Positions 40,452 through 53,374 of a DNA stretch of 64,000 bases are shown piece after piece. The notes beneath the pieces are model-generated. The model was not told where the DNA came from, made no database searches, and was given only the letters and a program-made list of their open reading frames with translations. The position numbers were made by a program, and so were the translations under genes. The stretch comes from Octopus bimaculoides (taxonomy: Eukaryota), in NCBI RefSeq assembly GCF_001194135.2, contig NC_068995.1:55023630-55087629 (forward strand), written 5' to 3'. How positions within the stretch are numbered: the stretch's first letter is position 1; each line of letters starts with the position of its first letter.

Positions 40452-40595
40452 AAATTTCCCCTGAACACCTGATTGAGGTTGGAGAGTATATCAACCTAAA
40501 CGTTGTGTTAACAACAGGAAGTGGATAAATATCCGTCAAATGTAGATAATGTAAATAACGTACATAATTCCTCATCTCTTAAATATAGAACTGAA
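40452..40595 (+). mobile_element. Penelope-like terminal repeat fragment carrying a decayed hammerhead motif (40464-40509)
   Basis: AACAC-CTGATTGA-GGTTG(10 nt)CAACC-TAAA-CG-TT-GTGTT, followed by ATATCCGTCAAA shared with the 51370-51462 copy. Confidence 0.6.
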
Positions 40596-43326
40596 TATCA
40601 TAATATTATGAAGTTTGCAAGTACATGATTCTGAAATAAATTTCTCTCAATTGCTTTTGTTGTTGTTATTTGGCCAAAATAAAGAAACATATCCTCAGAA
40701 CCATCCCGGTTCAGTGAATACCATATCATTTCAGCATCGAGATGTTCATTATTGCCACGTCTTCAGCAACGGGGACTATATTTTCTGACCAATTTGAATT
40801 CAAAGGGAATTGCCTTCCAGCATGAGAGACACCGTATACTCTGGCTGCTATGTTTTTTTTTTTTAGATATTGGTGCAGTAGGTAAATAAATGAATTGAAT
40901 TGCTTTAATTTTCAGAGATTAGAAATCATTTGTCATTAATACAGTTTTATTTTTCTGTATGTAACTAACTTATATAATAAGATAAGTTAAGATGGCTTTC
41001 TTGGGTGTGATCATCTTCGGTATATGATGCTATACCATTATTTACCATCAAATTTACCATTATTCTTCAGTTTATCACTAATTTATTACACTATTTGGAA
41101 TAAATTACATTAAAATATTTACTTTTTACAATAAATTGAAACCAAACCAATTGGACAGGAACTACTTTGAAGAAATGAAGCGCCCATTGTAATATTTAAA
41201 ATGAATTTGAATTGCGACCATGATAATCAAATAGAGAAATGGATATTTCCATGTATTCAATTCGTAGCTTTCGTATTGTAACTGGTTTTATATTTCCAAT
41301 CTTGTTCTCGGGTTTCTTAAATTCATTTATTTTCTACATTTCGTTGCGGTTATTACCCTCCAAGACCTTCAGATTAGACATAAACGTAATTGTCACATTA
41401 ATGTTAGAGATTACTGGTGGAGTAATGGCGCTGTCCATTTTCCTGAACTTACTACCGATAGAAGGAATAGATGTCCATGAGCCATTTTGGTGATGCGTAG
41501 AAGATACAGTGGCTGTGAAAGATTAAAATATATGAAGTGTCTAACTGCATCAAGATAGGTAAAATCACATTCGCCATTCTATAATTATTTATTTACATAC
41601 CTTCCTACAAATATCTAAATAGCTAAAGAATTGACATGCATAAAGTAGGTTATCGTATAAAAATCTTAACTGTTACATAAATATATACATATACACTGAA
41701 CTGCCAAAGAAACGTGAGACGTGCGTGACTGTGAAATACGTTTTCAATTCTACTTGTGTTCATTCCCATTTCCATAATGAAGTTTATCCGCAAACATACG
41801 CATACAAACCAGGAATTTGACATTTTAAAAAAATATTACAAATGATGAGCTATGGCTGAATTTTGTTGAAAATGAACGAGGAAAGAAGAAAGGGTTAGAA
41901 ATGAAATATGGTAAAATAAGCAAGTGATATGGTATAATGATATAAAATATTGTTTATCACTGGAAACGTGGCACAATGTGATTTTTTCAGCATGGATTTG
42001 TACAGTTGCAACAATATAAATCAATAAGCCAATCGGAAAGATTCCAAAAGATAGAGAGAAAATGACGAGAATGAGATCATCGAAAAGTAGAACGCTTAGT
42101 CTAACAAGAAAAATGAACACTAGATTGTTCAAGTCACTAGAAGAAATAATTTGGGTAAAAAATTACCATTTTTCATTTAGTTTCTGGCGTGAGACTTTAG
42201 GAAAAATAAGATAATAACAATGATCGATTGTCAGTGTGTAAGATTCCAAGGTCTGACCAAGTGATTACAAGTGTTCTGAGTACACAATGAGTTAGATGCA
42301 ACAAAAGCATATCATTGATGGGCCAACAAGGAAAAATAGATTAGCCGCACAATTGATTTTATAGAAAAGACCACTGAAATTCCTTGAAATCGTACAGTGA
42401 ATATGTGATGGAAAAAAACTGATTTTGAGGAAACGTCTACCTCATCAGGAACCAAACTGAGGCTTAGTAACAGAAGCAATGCAAATATTACGATAGGGTA
42501 CGAAAAAAAATCAAAATTCTTGCATTTATTCCGAACGTCTTGGTATAAATATAAATTGAAGAAAATTGTGGGTGACATAAAAACGTGTGGATATTCAGCT
42601 GTATTTCATCAATTATTCATATCTGACTGGTATAAAGAACGCTTAAGTCTTAAGCAGATAACTGAAATGTCTCACACATTTTGTACTTGATACCGTTACA
42701 AAACATTTTCAAATTATTTTTTATCAAAATATAGACTTCACTTCGAGCCACGACAGAACGGCTCTGCATGAAATCAATAAATAAATATTTATAAATGATT
42801 TTAGTTTGAAACTTTTTGCTGGAGAAAAAAATTTAGTCCAACCTCAAGTCATTTGCATATTAACAGTAAAAATATAAACTGTGCCTTCGCAAATAACATG
42901 TTTGTGTGTACGCGCAAGGGTAATTTGTGCGTGATTCCGAAAAGCGTATATAAGTACTTATACTAAGAACAAAAATTCAACGCATCCACACGTACTTTAT
43001 ACACACACTCACACCCACACAAAGTACGGATACACATACACACACGCACACATGCACCATAAATGCATACATACGTACACGCAGGCACACTCATAAATGT
43101 ATATGTGTGTGTGTGTATGTATGGTGTGCTTTTGTGTGCGTATGTATGTATATATGTATGTATATAGGCAAAATAGCTGGTTAGATAATGTCTCTAAGAG
43201 GATGAATATAGAAGCTTCAACATGGCTGTTCCGTACGAACCGACGTTATTACCATTTTTTACAAATTGTACAATAACATAAATTCTAAACTATAGCAAAA
43301 TTCATAAAAGGATTTTTTTAAAATCC

Positions 43327-43357
<31 letters not shown>

Positions 43358-43400
43358 CATTATTATTATTATTATTTCCTCGAGGTATTATTATTATTAT

Positions 43401-43464
43401 TTACTCAAGGCACTGCCTGGAATTGAACTCGGAACATTGGGGATAGTAGCCCGCACTCTTAACC
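43401..43464 (-). mobile_element. tRNA-derived SINE head fragment
   Basis: Minus strand GGTTAAGAGTGCGGGCTACTA...CCGAGTTCAATTCCAGGCAG, adjacent to (AAT)n. Confidence 0.55.
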
Positions 43465-43889
43465 CTTTCTTGGACACTACACACCTATGCACTTTACTTT
43501 ATCCTATGGTCAATCTTTAAAATCTCATCCACCTCATTCTATTTGTCTCGCTTTCTATTTCTTTTCTTTTCTTTACTTTCACCACTTGATACCCACCTCC
43601 GCTACCATTCTTTATGCCAAAATCCTGAAAGTGTAGTCTGTGTTGCGTTTGTGTCGAAAAATTATCGCTAATCGGTTAATAATTGAAAACTGAAAGGAAA
43701 TTGGAATACGACGATTACGTAATACACCTTGTATATACACTTTACATGCACAGTTTTATAGAATTAATACACAGCACTCTCTATCTCTGTTTCCCTCTAA
43801 CTCATCACTTTACCCTCTTTTCCTTCTCCTTATTCTTTTGTTTTCTGGCTTTCCTTTCAACTAATCACGCAAAAGCGTTACAGACGGGT

Positions 43890-44185
43890 TAAGATAGATA
43901 GGTAGATAGGTAGGTACGTACGTACGTACGCCAGGTAGGTAGGTACCCAGGCAGGAGGACAGGCAGGCAGACTGCAGACAGGCCGGCAGGTAGGTCGGTA
44001 TGTACGTACGTACGTACACACACCATCAGGGCGGCCGGCCTGCAGGCAGGCAGGTAGGTAGGCAGGTAGGTAGGTAGGTAGGTAGGCAGGCAGGTAGGTA
44101 GGTACGCAAGAAGGCTGCCCACCCGACAGGCAGGAAGGAAGGCAGGTAGGTAGGTAGGTAGGTAGGTTAATGGAGAGGCAGGTAG
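43890..44185. repeat. Mosaic tetranucleotide repeat (AGAT/AGGT/ACGT/AGGC/CGGC/AGGA)
   Basis: Read directly. Confidence 0.9.
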
Positions 44186-47100
44186 TTGTGCATGTATTTA
44201 TATTTTGAATTGAAACAAACTAAGACGCAGGTGCAAGATATAATGAAATAAGTTTTGCAGGTTTTACATGAAGACAAATAGTGTCACATTTAGGAGGAGA
44301 ATATACAGAAAAATTTAAGCAAGGAAAGAAAACGACAATGGTAATTGCAAGAGAAATTCAGCTTTTGGAAAAGGAAGTGACATGATATAACAATGATAAA
44401 TGAAATTGTGCCTATTTACAACTGAAAGAATATATAAACACATGTGTATATATGTATATCTATATATGGCACATGCACATATGTATATGCTTAAATATAT
44501 ACATATTTATACATATATATATACGCAAACACATATATATACACACAGAACCATACGTACACACACGCATGCACACGCATTTGTACATATACATATGTAT
44601 ATGTAAATATTGATACACATATATATATTTGTGTGTGTGTGTGCGTGTGTGTGTACATGAACATATACATATAGATAATGATTTACGTATGTTTTCCTTC
44701 CTTTTCTAGAATAACATTTATCGCATAGAATTTATTCTGTCTCTCTTTTGTTAATAAAAATATTTGTAAAGAAACACTGGCTTTATGTTTATATTTGTTT
44801 CACAACTGACAATCTTTATACTCCGTATACTTGTAGTTTCATAACTATAACACGATTCATCGTTGTCCCCATCTGACATGAAACATTAAATGCAATTACT
44901 AACTATACTTTTATAATGACCACAACGTAAATAAGACAGTTACTATGAAGAAATAATATATATATATATATATATTAATTTTACGTTGTTATATATCGTA
45001 AAAGCATATTAAAGTGTTAAGATTTTCAATTTTCTACACTATCAGTTTCCTCTAACCATGAATATGTTATGTAGATGACCTTCAGTAGGTCGATAGGTTG
45101 TCTGTAGAAGATATATGTTAGCTCTGCTTCCTAAAACTCAGGTAATATACTCTAGGTTGTACATAGCACATCCTGAGTATTGATATGGCGGAAACGTTCC
45201 AAAGGTGTATCTATCACTTTCGCATGTGCTACATCTGCGATGCCAATTCTACAGAATATACATTTAATTTCCTGATAATTATTAATAATTCTTGAAAATC
45301 ACCTTTCAAGTAGTTATATGTTTTATGCTTTTCTATATTTAAACTTAATTCAGTTATATGAGATTGTGTGACATCTAGATTCGAACGTCAACGAAGTATT
45401 TAGCAGGGAAATCACACACAGCCTAATGTAAGCGATTGAGGTATCATTTCTGCACTGTGGTGAATACCATAACGGAGAACAAAACTCATTTTGGTACTGA
45501 TGAAATCGAGAAATATTTGGTATTTTGGTTATTGTGCCTAATGTAAGCGTCAGCTGTAATGTACAGATTGTATAAATACACAACAATGGTGATTACACAC
45601 TTCTTACACACGATCATGTTACGAATCTTCTTTCATCATTTTACTGCTGTAGCATATTTTTACATTTGTTCTTTTAAGTGCCAATTTGCCCTGAAATATG
45701 TTCTGGAAAAAATTGCTACCTTCATTGCTGGTGTTTTATGATGCCCAAATGCACCGATAGTAATTACTCAATTTTTTAATGTATATTTAAAGAGAAAAAG
45801 AAACAAGGTATGTTTGTTTTCCCTATCATCAGTGGATGTCTCCATGTAGACCTACGAAACATTGTGGAAAGTTGCATATGAATGACTCAATATCGATTAT
45901 ATTCTTAGCTAGACGTACATAAGTCCCTTGTAATTTACCAGTATATATATAGAAAAATTAATCCAGGAAGGCATTATGTATTTTCTCGATACAAAATAAT
46001 AGTTAATTAGTTATTACCTCACATAATGCAGCTTCTATGAAAACAAACGTAACGGATAGATTGTATTATATAGACATACGTGTACTATACTTGAAATAAG
46101 CCGTCATGGTCATAAGAAGAGTACATTGAGAATTAAGTAAAATCGACCAGAGTTGACCAGAAGCAACTATTTAAAATATATGCAAAGCCCAAGAGATGAT
46201 TTTGTGCCTGACTTTTCTACATTTGTTATAGATCGGATATACTGATATGTTTGAATAATATTTTATTGCATTACATTTAGCATGCCATTCTAGAAGTTAT
46301 TCAACGTAATTATATGCATAATAGTTATCTGTTTGATTTGATTGAAAATCTAATTAGATTAGATCCTATATAAAGTTATTATAAGCATTAGAATTTCAAA
46401 CGCACGAGTGTCCACAAATTGAGTAGAATATATGGGAATTGACATGCATCGTATTTCTTTCATGTTGCATTGTAAGTGAAGTGTCACTTATGAAATATAT
46501 GAGAATACCAAACGGGAATATTTACACTCGTCTTCACGCTTCAGCTAATTCTCTATGATTGCATCTGTGATGTTTAATTACATATGATTTATACTTAAAT
46601 TAGGAATAATTATATTTCGGAATATATTACAGAAATTCACAATCCTGGTTGCAGAGATAAAAGGAAAGCGAATATGCCGAATATAACACAAAGGCAATCA
46701 GAAAAGTTATATAAATCTACCTATTAAATGTTTGGTGTAATGTTTCCGTGCATAAACCATCAATGAGTTAACAACTGTTCATTTTAACCCCTTTTATGTT
46801 CATAAATAACAAAATTAAAACTATTAATTTTATAGTTCAATTTAATCCAAAATTACAATTTTGTGTGATATCAATCAATTTAGTTGGAACGTATGGTGGA
46901 ACTTTTTATTTTTTAATGCCTGAATTTAATTTAGTACTATACACAGTTTTGAATTTCACAAATGAAATAGCAATTTCATTCCAGTTGTTGGGGAGGAACG
47001 CGTATTCATATCGTGTAATACTACTCGATGTGTCTTGAACTCAGAATATTGAGATTTGAAGCTTAACGTTTTAATGAATTATGGGCTGTACTGTTTCAAA

Positions 47101-47204
47101 TAATTTAATATCGAAAAAAATATATCAAATAATCATTTTTGATAAATACATCGGGTTGCAAGTTTTTACAAACGATAAATCAACTCTATCGTTTGAAGTT
47201 CATA

Positions 47205-47340
47205 AATGATATTTTATTTTCCGATCCTTGAAGGATGACAACAATTTTGAATTCCTCAAAATTTGAATACAAGACTTAATGAAGTATAGCTAAGTACCGC
47301 CTGACATTTTGTCTGAAACTAGCAATCCCTACAATCCACG
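47205..47340 (-). mobile_element. Highly diverged SINE family A fragment
   Basis: ATTTTATTTTCCGATCCTTGAAGGATGA...AAAATTTGAATACAAGAC...AAGTACCGCCTGACATTTTGTCTG. Confidence 0.45.
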
Positions 47341-48931
47341 AAGTTGAATTTTAAAATAACTATACACTAATATCAATCAGTGGATATCTAATTAGCATTA
47401 ATTAGATGTTTATTGATATAAAAAAATTAATCTTGTTCATCATCATGTAGTGATTTATAGTTAACATATATTATATACATGTTTACAGTTAGTAATAATT
47501 TATTAAGCATACCATGGCATATCTTCCTCCAAACTCAAATTGGTTTTCACTTCATTGGAGGCATTACAAATATTCTTGCAAAGTTATCATTTATATTGAT
47601 ATTCAGGAACTGCAGCTGTAATAGCTCTTACAGAGAGTCTTTTGAGAAATACACATGAGATGATCAATCTGCACGGGGAATTATACAAGGAACCGACTAA
47701 AGTTAGCAGCTTATTAGAGTGCGTGGCGGTGTTTAATTTCCACAATATCCGAACGAGCATTTTCGCCTACCAGATGTATTATACCGACGTTCAATAATGA
47801 AATATTTATGCATCACTCTTCACTGTGTGAAATAGCAATTCAGTTGTTCACTGATTATATTTACAATGTTCAGAAGTTTCAAACTGGTTTATATAACAAC
47901 TAATATAATTTCATTATGTTAATCTAACTATATAAACTCTGATCTTTTCTCATTTGATCATATAATAATTATACAAGCAATCATTGTTTCGTGACCTTTA
48001 TGAAGAACGACGCGATTTCGGCATTGCGGCTCATCAAATTAATTTAGCGGTAAGCTAAGGTTATAACGTTTACTAGTTAAAGTATTCATTCAGTGATATT
48101 AGTTAATGTGCAATATGTCAAAATTACAGCTACAAATAATGAGAAGAGACAGATCACACTTCCACAGCTGTTTTCGGATTGTATGTTTAGCATTAAAGAA
48201 CGCTCTTGAATATAAACTAATACACTGAAATTTAGAAGACACATACACGTACATTGACAGTTGATAGATAACTGTACAACGACACGGACTTTCATTCGTA
48301 CAGAAATCACAGTACATATTTCTTATTTGAATATTATGAAAACATCCCTAAAGATAACTTAATTAGCTGTTTGTTAAGTTTATTAATACCATACTGAAAT
48401 TATTTGACGTTCTTATATCAGTTCAGAAACAAATTGCAGGCACTGTGATTGAGTAAATAAATATATGTTTTGGACACGCAATACATTATAAACGTAGAAA
48501 ATTTTCAGGAACAGACAATATTCGTATACATAAATTTGTGTGTGCGTGTGTGTAGTACAATAATTGATCAAAAGAACGAAGACTTTGAACAGCCAAAATT
48601 TTATGTTTAATTATAGTTGATTTCTTCGTAATAGTTGTCCGCTACGTGTCGGACAATTGTCTCTCTATATATAAAGATCTTTGTCTCCCCGTCTATCTGT
48701 GTGTCTGTTTCCTATGCATTCTCAAGCGGGTCGACCAAATCAATTCAAATTTTACATGGTAATAGCATTATACCCCACTCGTGTCAACACGTAATTTTTA
48801 TTTTCATTTGGATTAAAACAACAGAACCTTCAAACTACGAAATCTTTCTATAGTCAACAATAATAAAGGATATTTTATACCTAGACGACGACGACATCAC
48901 ATTTTTTATATGTGCGTATATTTGTCTGTGA

Positions 48932-48997
<66 letters not shown>

Positions 48998-50260
48998 NNN
49001 NNNNNNNNNNNNNNNNNNNNNNNNNNNNNNNNNNNNNNNNNNNNNNNNNNNNNNNNNNNNNNNNNNNNNNNNNNNNNNNNNNNNNNNNNNNNNNNNNNNN
49101 NGGGGGGGGGGGTCTGTGAGTACGAGTAATGGACAAATATGCAATTCTACCTGCTAGATGGCCCTTTCGTTTGTGAGAGATTGTAAAATTCAATTCGTCG
49201 ATCTCGTTGCCGTGGCGTGCAGGTTTGTTCCAAGGATTATCATATGTGTAATTTTGAGGAAGTGGGTAATTGTGATTACCCCGAGGAAAACCGATGCTGC
49301 ATTTTACTTGTGTACACCAGCAATACACTTTTTAACATACTAATGCCCTTAAAGATTTTATAATCCAATGCCAATTATATAAAAATGCAGGAGAAAAATT
49401 AACGGAAAATTTGCTCACATCGATAAAAGCAATATTGATTACCTTAAACAAATTTCAAAAAGAAGCATGACATTTCCTATAATTAATAATGAAGAAATAT
49501 AAGGCAAAACATTGGAACGGATAAAAAGGGAAAATTGAATAACGATAACTTTCTATGCTTTCTTCAATAAAAGGGTATAGCAACGGAAATGTGCATCTGG
49601 TTAAGCTTTTCGTATTTAGATAGGTAAAAATATAGCTTTATACATTTTAGGTGAAAATATATATAGAAACAATTCTGTGCATTTTAGCCTTTTAACTACT
49701 CCTGCTGACAGAATAATGCATACATACAAGAAAATTCACCTATACACAGATATAGAAACGCACGCTTTAAAATATATACATATATACTTTCATGTGCATC
49801 GTTATAGAGACAGTTGGATGAACATATAATCTATATACTATCGTATACGTTTATACTCCGAAATGCCCCTGCAATATATATATATATATATATATATATA
49901 NNNNNNNNNNNNNNNNNNNNNNNNNNNNNNNNNNNNNNNNNNNNNNNNNNNNNNNNNNNNNNNNNNNNNNNNNNNNNNNNNNNNNNNNNNNNNNNNNNNN
50001 NNNNNNNNNNNNNNNNNNNNNNNNNNNNNNNNNNNNNNNNNNNNNNNNNNNNNNNNNNNNGTGTGTGTGTGTGTGTGTGTGTATGTATGTGTGTGTGTGT
50101 GTGTGTATAAAACATGTATATACATTGTACCATATATTTTAGTAAAGATATATATACGCCTACATATTCATACATATATACATATATACATATATTGATA
50201 TATATGCTTACATATGTATAGCGTGTATACACGAAGGTTTATGTATGTGAACATTCATAT

Positions 50261-50294
<34 letters not shown>

Positions 50295-51369
50295 GTGTGT
50301 GTATATATATATTACTGTGTATGTGTATTTTTGTATATAATGTAGTAAAAGCAACAGAAGTAACTGTAGAGTAAACAGTTATATAACTATTTGTGGCAAC
50401 TAAATATGTCTTTCCATAAAATGTGAATACATATTTATTTAAGACATTTTCCTTTGCACGATTTTTATTTACTTGTTATTTCGAAATTTAAAATGTCTTA
50501 AAAGCACGCACAGAATACAAAATAAAGAAAATAGAAGAAGTGTAACATATAAGAAAAGAAGAAATCAAAGAATAATCTGTCATTTCACAGACATTAAGTT
50601 ACGACCATTCTCTCTGGTGCCGTTTTGACGTAATTCTAGAAATCTTGTCGGAGTTCTTCACTTCAAGCCTAAGAAATTTGTCTCCGTTTCTAAGACAAAT
50701 GCATCTTGCTTTAATAATTCTAAGTGATAAGGAAAAGGGAAAACATAATAAACATCTAAGTATAGCATAGATCAATGATTCTTTCTCTCATGTGAAGGAT
50801 TTTTTTTTATTCTTAATGTACTGTATTTATAAACTTTTGATTTTTGATTGATTATGTATTTTCAATATTTTTAGATATACTCATAGGTGGTGAGTAACAA
50901 AAATTATTTTGTGACATTCAGTTTACTTTATTTTAGATCTTGAGTTCCAATTTCTCTTGAGCTTCAGTTTTCTTTTTGTATCAATCTAAAGTTGATATAT
51001 GTAGTCACAGTAATATACTAGTGTCGATTTCATGGAGTGTACATCTGCAATTGCCTGGACTTCGTGTATGTCAAATAATTATATCAAATATGATTTTGTT
51101 TTGTTTTAATTCCTGTCTCACCGTTGAACAAAATTCAATATGGAATCCTGTTAGCAAGACGGCTTAGTACGCGCCTGCACTTACTTTTAAAACACAATAC
51201 CGAAATGAATATGTCATCACATCTCAAGGTGGTATTATTTCATTTGAATGAGATTTCACTGCACTACCTAACTAGTGTATGCTGTCAAGTAAAAGCATCT
51301 TATTCCATTTTAATAATAATGTGTGACACTACCTTACATGTATACGAATTTACTCAGTAAGCTACTATA

Positions 51370-51462
51370 GAAATGTGCGTTATTCACGTTTGACGGATAT
51401 GCCCTCATCTTGTTTGTTCTTAACACAACATTTCGGCTGATATACCCTCCAGCCTTCATCAT
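51370..51462 (-). mobile_element. Penelope-like terminal repeat fragment with truncated hammerhead motif (51422-51462)
   Basis: Minus strand (A)TGATGA-A-GGCTG(10 nt)CAGCC-GAAA-TG-TT-GTGTT...ATATCCGTCAAA; homologous to 40452-40595. Confidence 0.6.
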
Positions 51463-52353
51463 TGTCTGATCAATAAGTATACAGACCGTCGGCATATTAA
51501 CGAAGCTAATGCACGCAGAGTGAGGCCGCTTGGCACGGATTGATCTTGAACTCTGGTGTGCATGCGCACTAAGTGTTTCAACATTCTAGCTCAGTTACTT
51601 TGTTTACAGCAGTGCTTGGAATGAAGGTGAGTAACGTGTGATTGTCGCATTGACTATGACAGAGAAGGCTGAGCAGATAAACTGCATTAAATTTTGCCAA
51701 AAGCCTGGTGATACTTGCTCAGCAGCCTACGAAAGTTTTCAAAACGTTTTCATCGTTCCCGACACAATTGAGGAGGTCTTGGACAACTGAAACACAAGTG
51801 CTTTTTGGTCAACTGAATGCAGTTTTGGCACAAACTTGGTAGACACGCGTCTTATACCTATACCCAAATCGTCAGTGATAATGGACTGAACCGTAACTAA
51901 TCTGTACCCTCTCATAACTCACAGATGGGAATTCTACGATTTCCCCTCACAGATGCACGCACATCTACGATGTTTTTCTCTCAGTTCTGTTCGTTGCATA
52001 TCTCCCAGAACGTTCGTCAATATCGACATTTTGTCGACCATCTTAGAAACGTCTGAACCATTCGTACATTTGTGTACGACTCATACACCCATTTCCATAC
52101 ACTTCCTCAAGTAGGCGTAAGTTTCTGAAAAGATAACGTCAAGATAGCTTTCTCTGTCATGGTCAATGCGACAACCACATGCTACACATCTTCCTTCACA
52201 GCACTGTTGTAAACAGCAAAAACGAGCTAGAAAGTTAAATCTTATTGAGCATATACATCACAGTTCATGGTCAATCAATGCCTAGCGGCTTTACTGTGCG
52301 TGTTTTGGTTCGTTACTATGGCAACTTTCCGGATACTTATTGAACAGACATCG
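51463..52353. mobile_element. Fold-back mariner derivative made of two inverted 5' ends (~890 bp)
   Basis: Plus arm: TGTCTGATCAATAAGTAT..., ATG 51656, MTEKAEQINCIKFCQKPGDTCSAAYESF. Minus arm: TA-CGATGTCTGTTCAATAAGTAT..., ATG 52160, MTEK..MSRTQMYEWFRRF*DGRQNVDIDERSGR..RRVSTKFVPKL. The arms align over about 200 bp. Confidence 0.8.
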
Positions 52354-53374
52354 TATATACATATAAAACATGACGTTGATCAATATATTCAATTGAGTCG
52401 TTGCCCTAATGCGTTTCTGAGTTTATCACCAACACCAGGCTCTTCTTTGGTGTTAACACTATCCAACTTGTTAATATCATTCGGTATGCAGTTGTTTAAT
52501 GAATAGTTCGTCGCATTCGTCAGCTGAAAATTTAATTAAATGCAAAAACGCACGTGTGTAAGTATGAATTATTAATATCTTTCAAATATAATATATAAAT
52601 TTATGGCAAGCTCAACAAAGTATATACATTGCTATTATTGATTTAAACAAGTCATTCCTCTAACCAAATCACGATTACTTCAATATATTAGACACTGAAA
52701 GGTTCATTGTCCAATCTTTATCAATGTATTAAATGCTTTTCATTTTAAAACCGGAGCGAGTAGGAAGTGACTACAATTCTTCATGTGTATCACATTTTCA
52801 GTTTGTCCTTCACTTTAAAATATCATTACGTATGCAATTAATCTACATTATGTTTTTAATTTGTCTTCATTTAGCAAAAGATTGCTGTTATTTCAGTGAG
52901 ATTTAATTTTAAATTGATTTGCGTTATTCCATAAATTCAGGTGATTGATTTTCCTAATGAAGTACTTTCGATAACTATAAATATTCATAAATATCCATTC
53001 ATTTTGCTTCCTCATTCAGTCAGAATATTTTTAGAAATAAATCACAGTTGGTGATAACCAATTGATTCTATAAAATCGCGAAACTAATTATATTCATAAT
53101 TAGGTAACGGCCGTTGTCATCTTGATGATACAATCCTAACAGACATGCAGAATTGTGTAGAAAGCTGTTTGTATTCGATGTAACGTCAAAAACGAAACAA
53201 AAATGGTTCTATTCACTACTTATTAAGTATTTCTGAGCAAGAAATTTGATGCATTATATAAAACGTAATAAAATTCAAGAATGCATAGGGATTTGGAGTT
53301 TAGTTAACATAAGATATGCGAAACTATTGCAGAAGAACCGAAAATGAATATTTCACGAAGATGCTATAACCCTA

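Noticed and set aside
41836-42578. Hydrophobic minus-strand ORFs as transmembrane proteins
   Set aside because: T-rich strand bias yields F/L/I/S; no splice or homology support.
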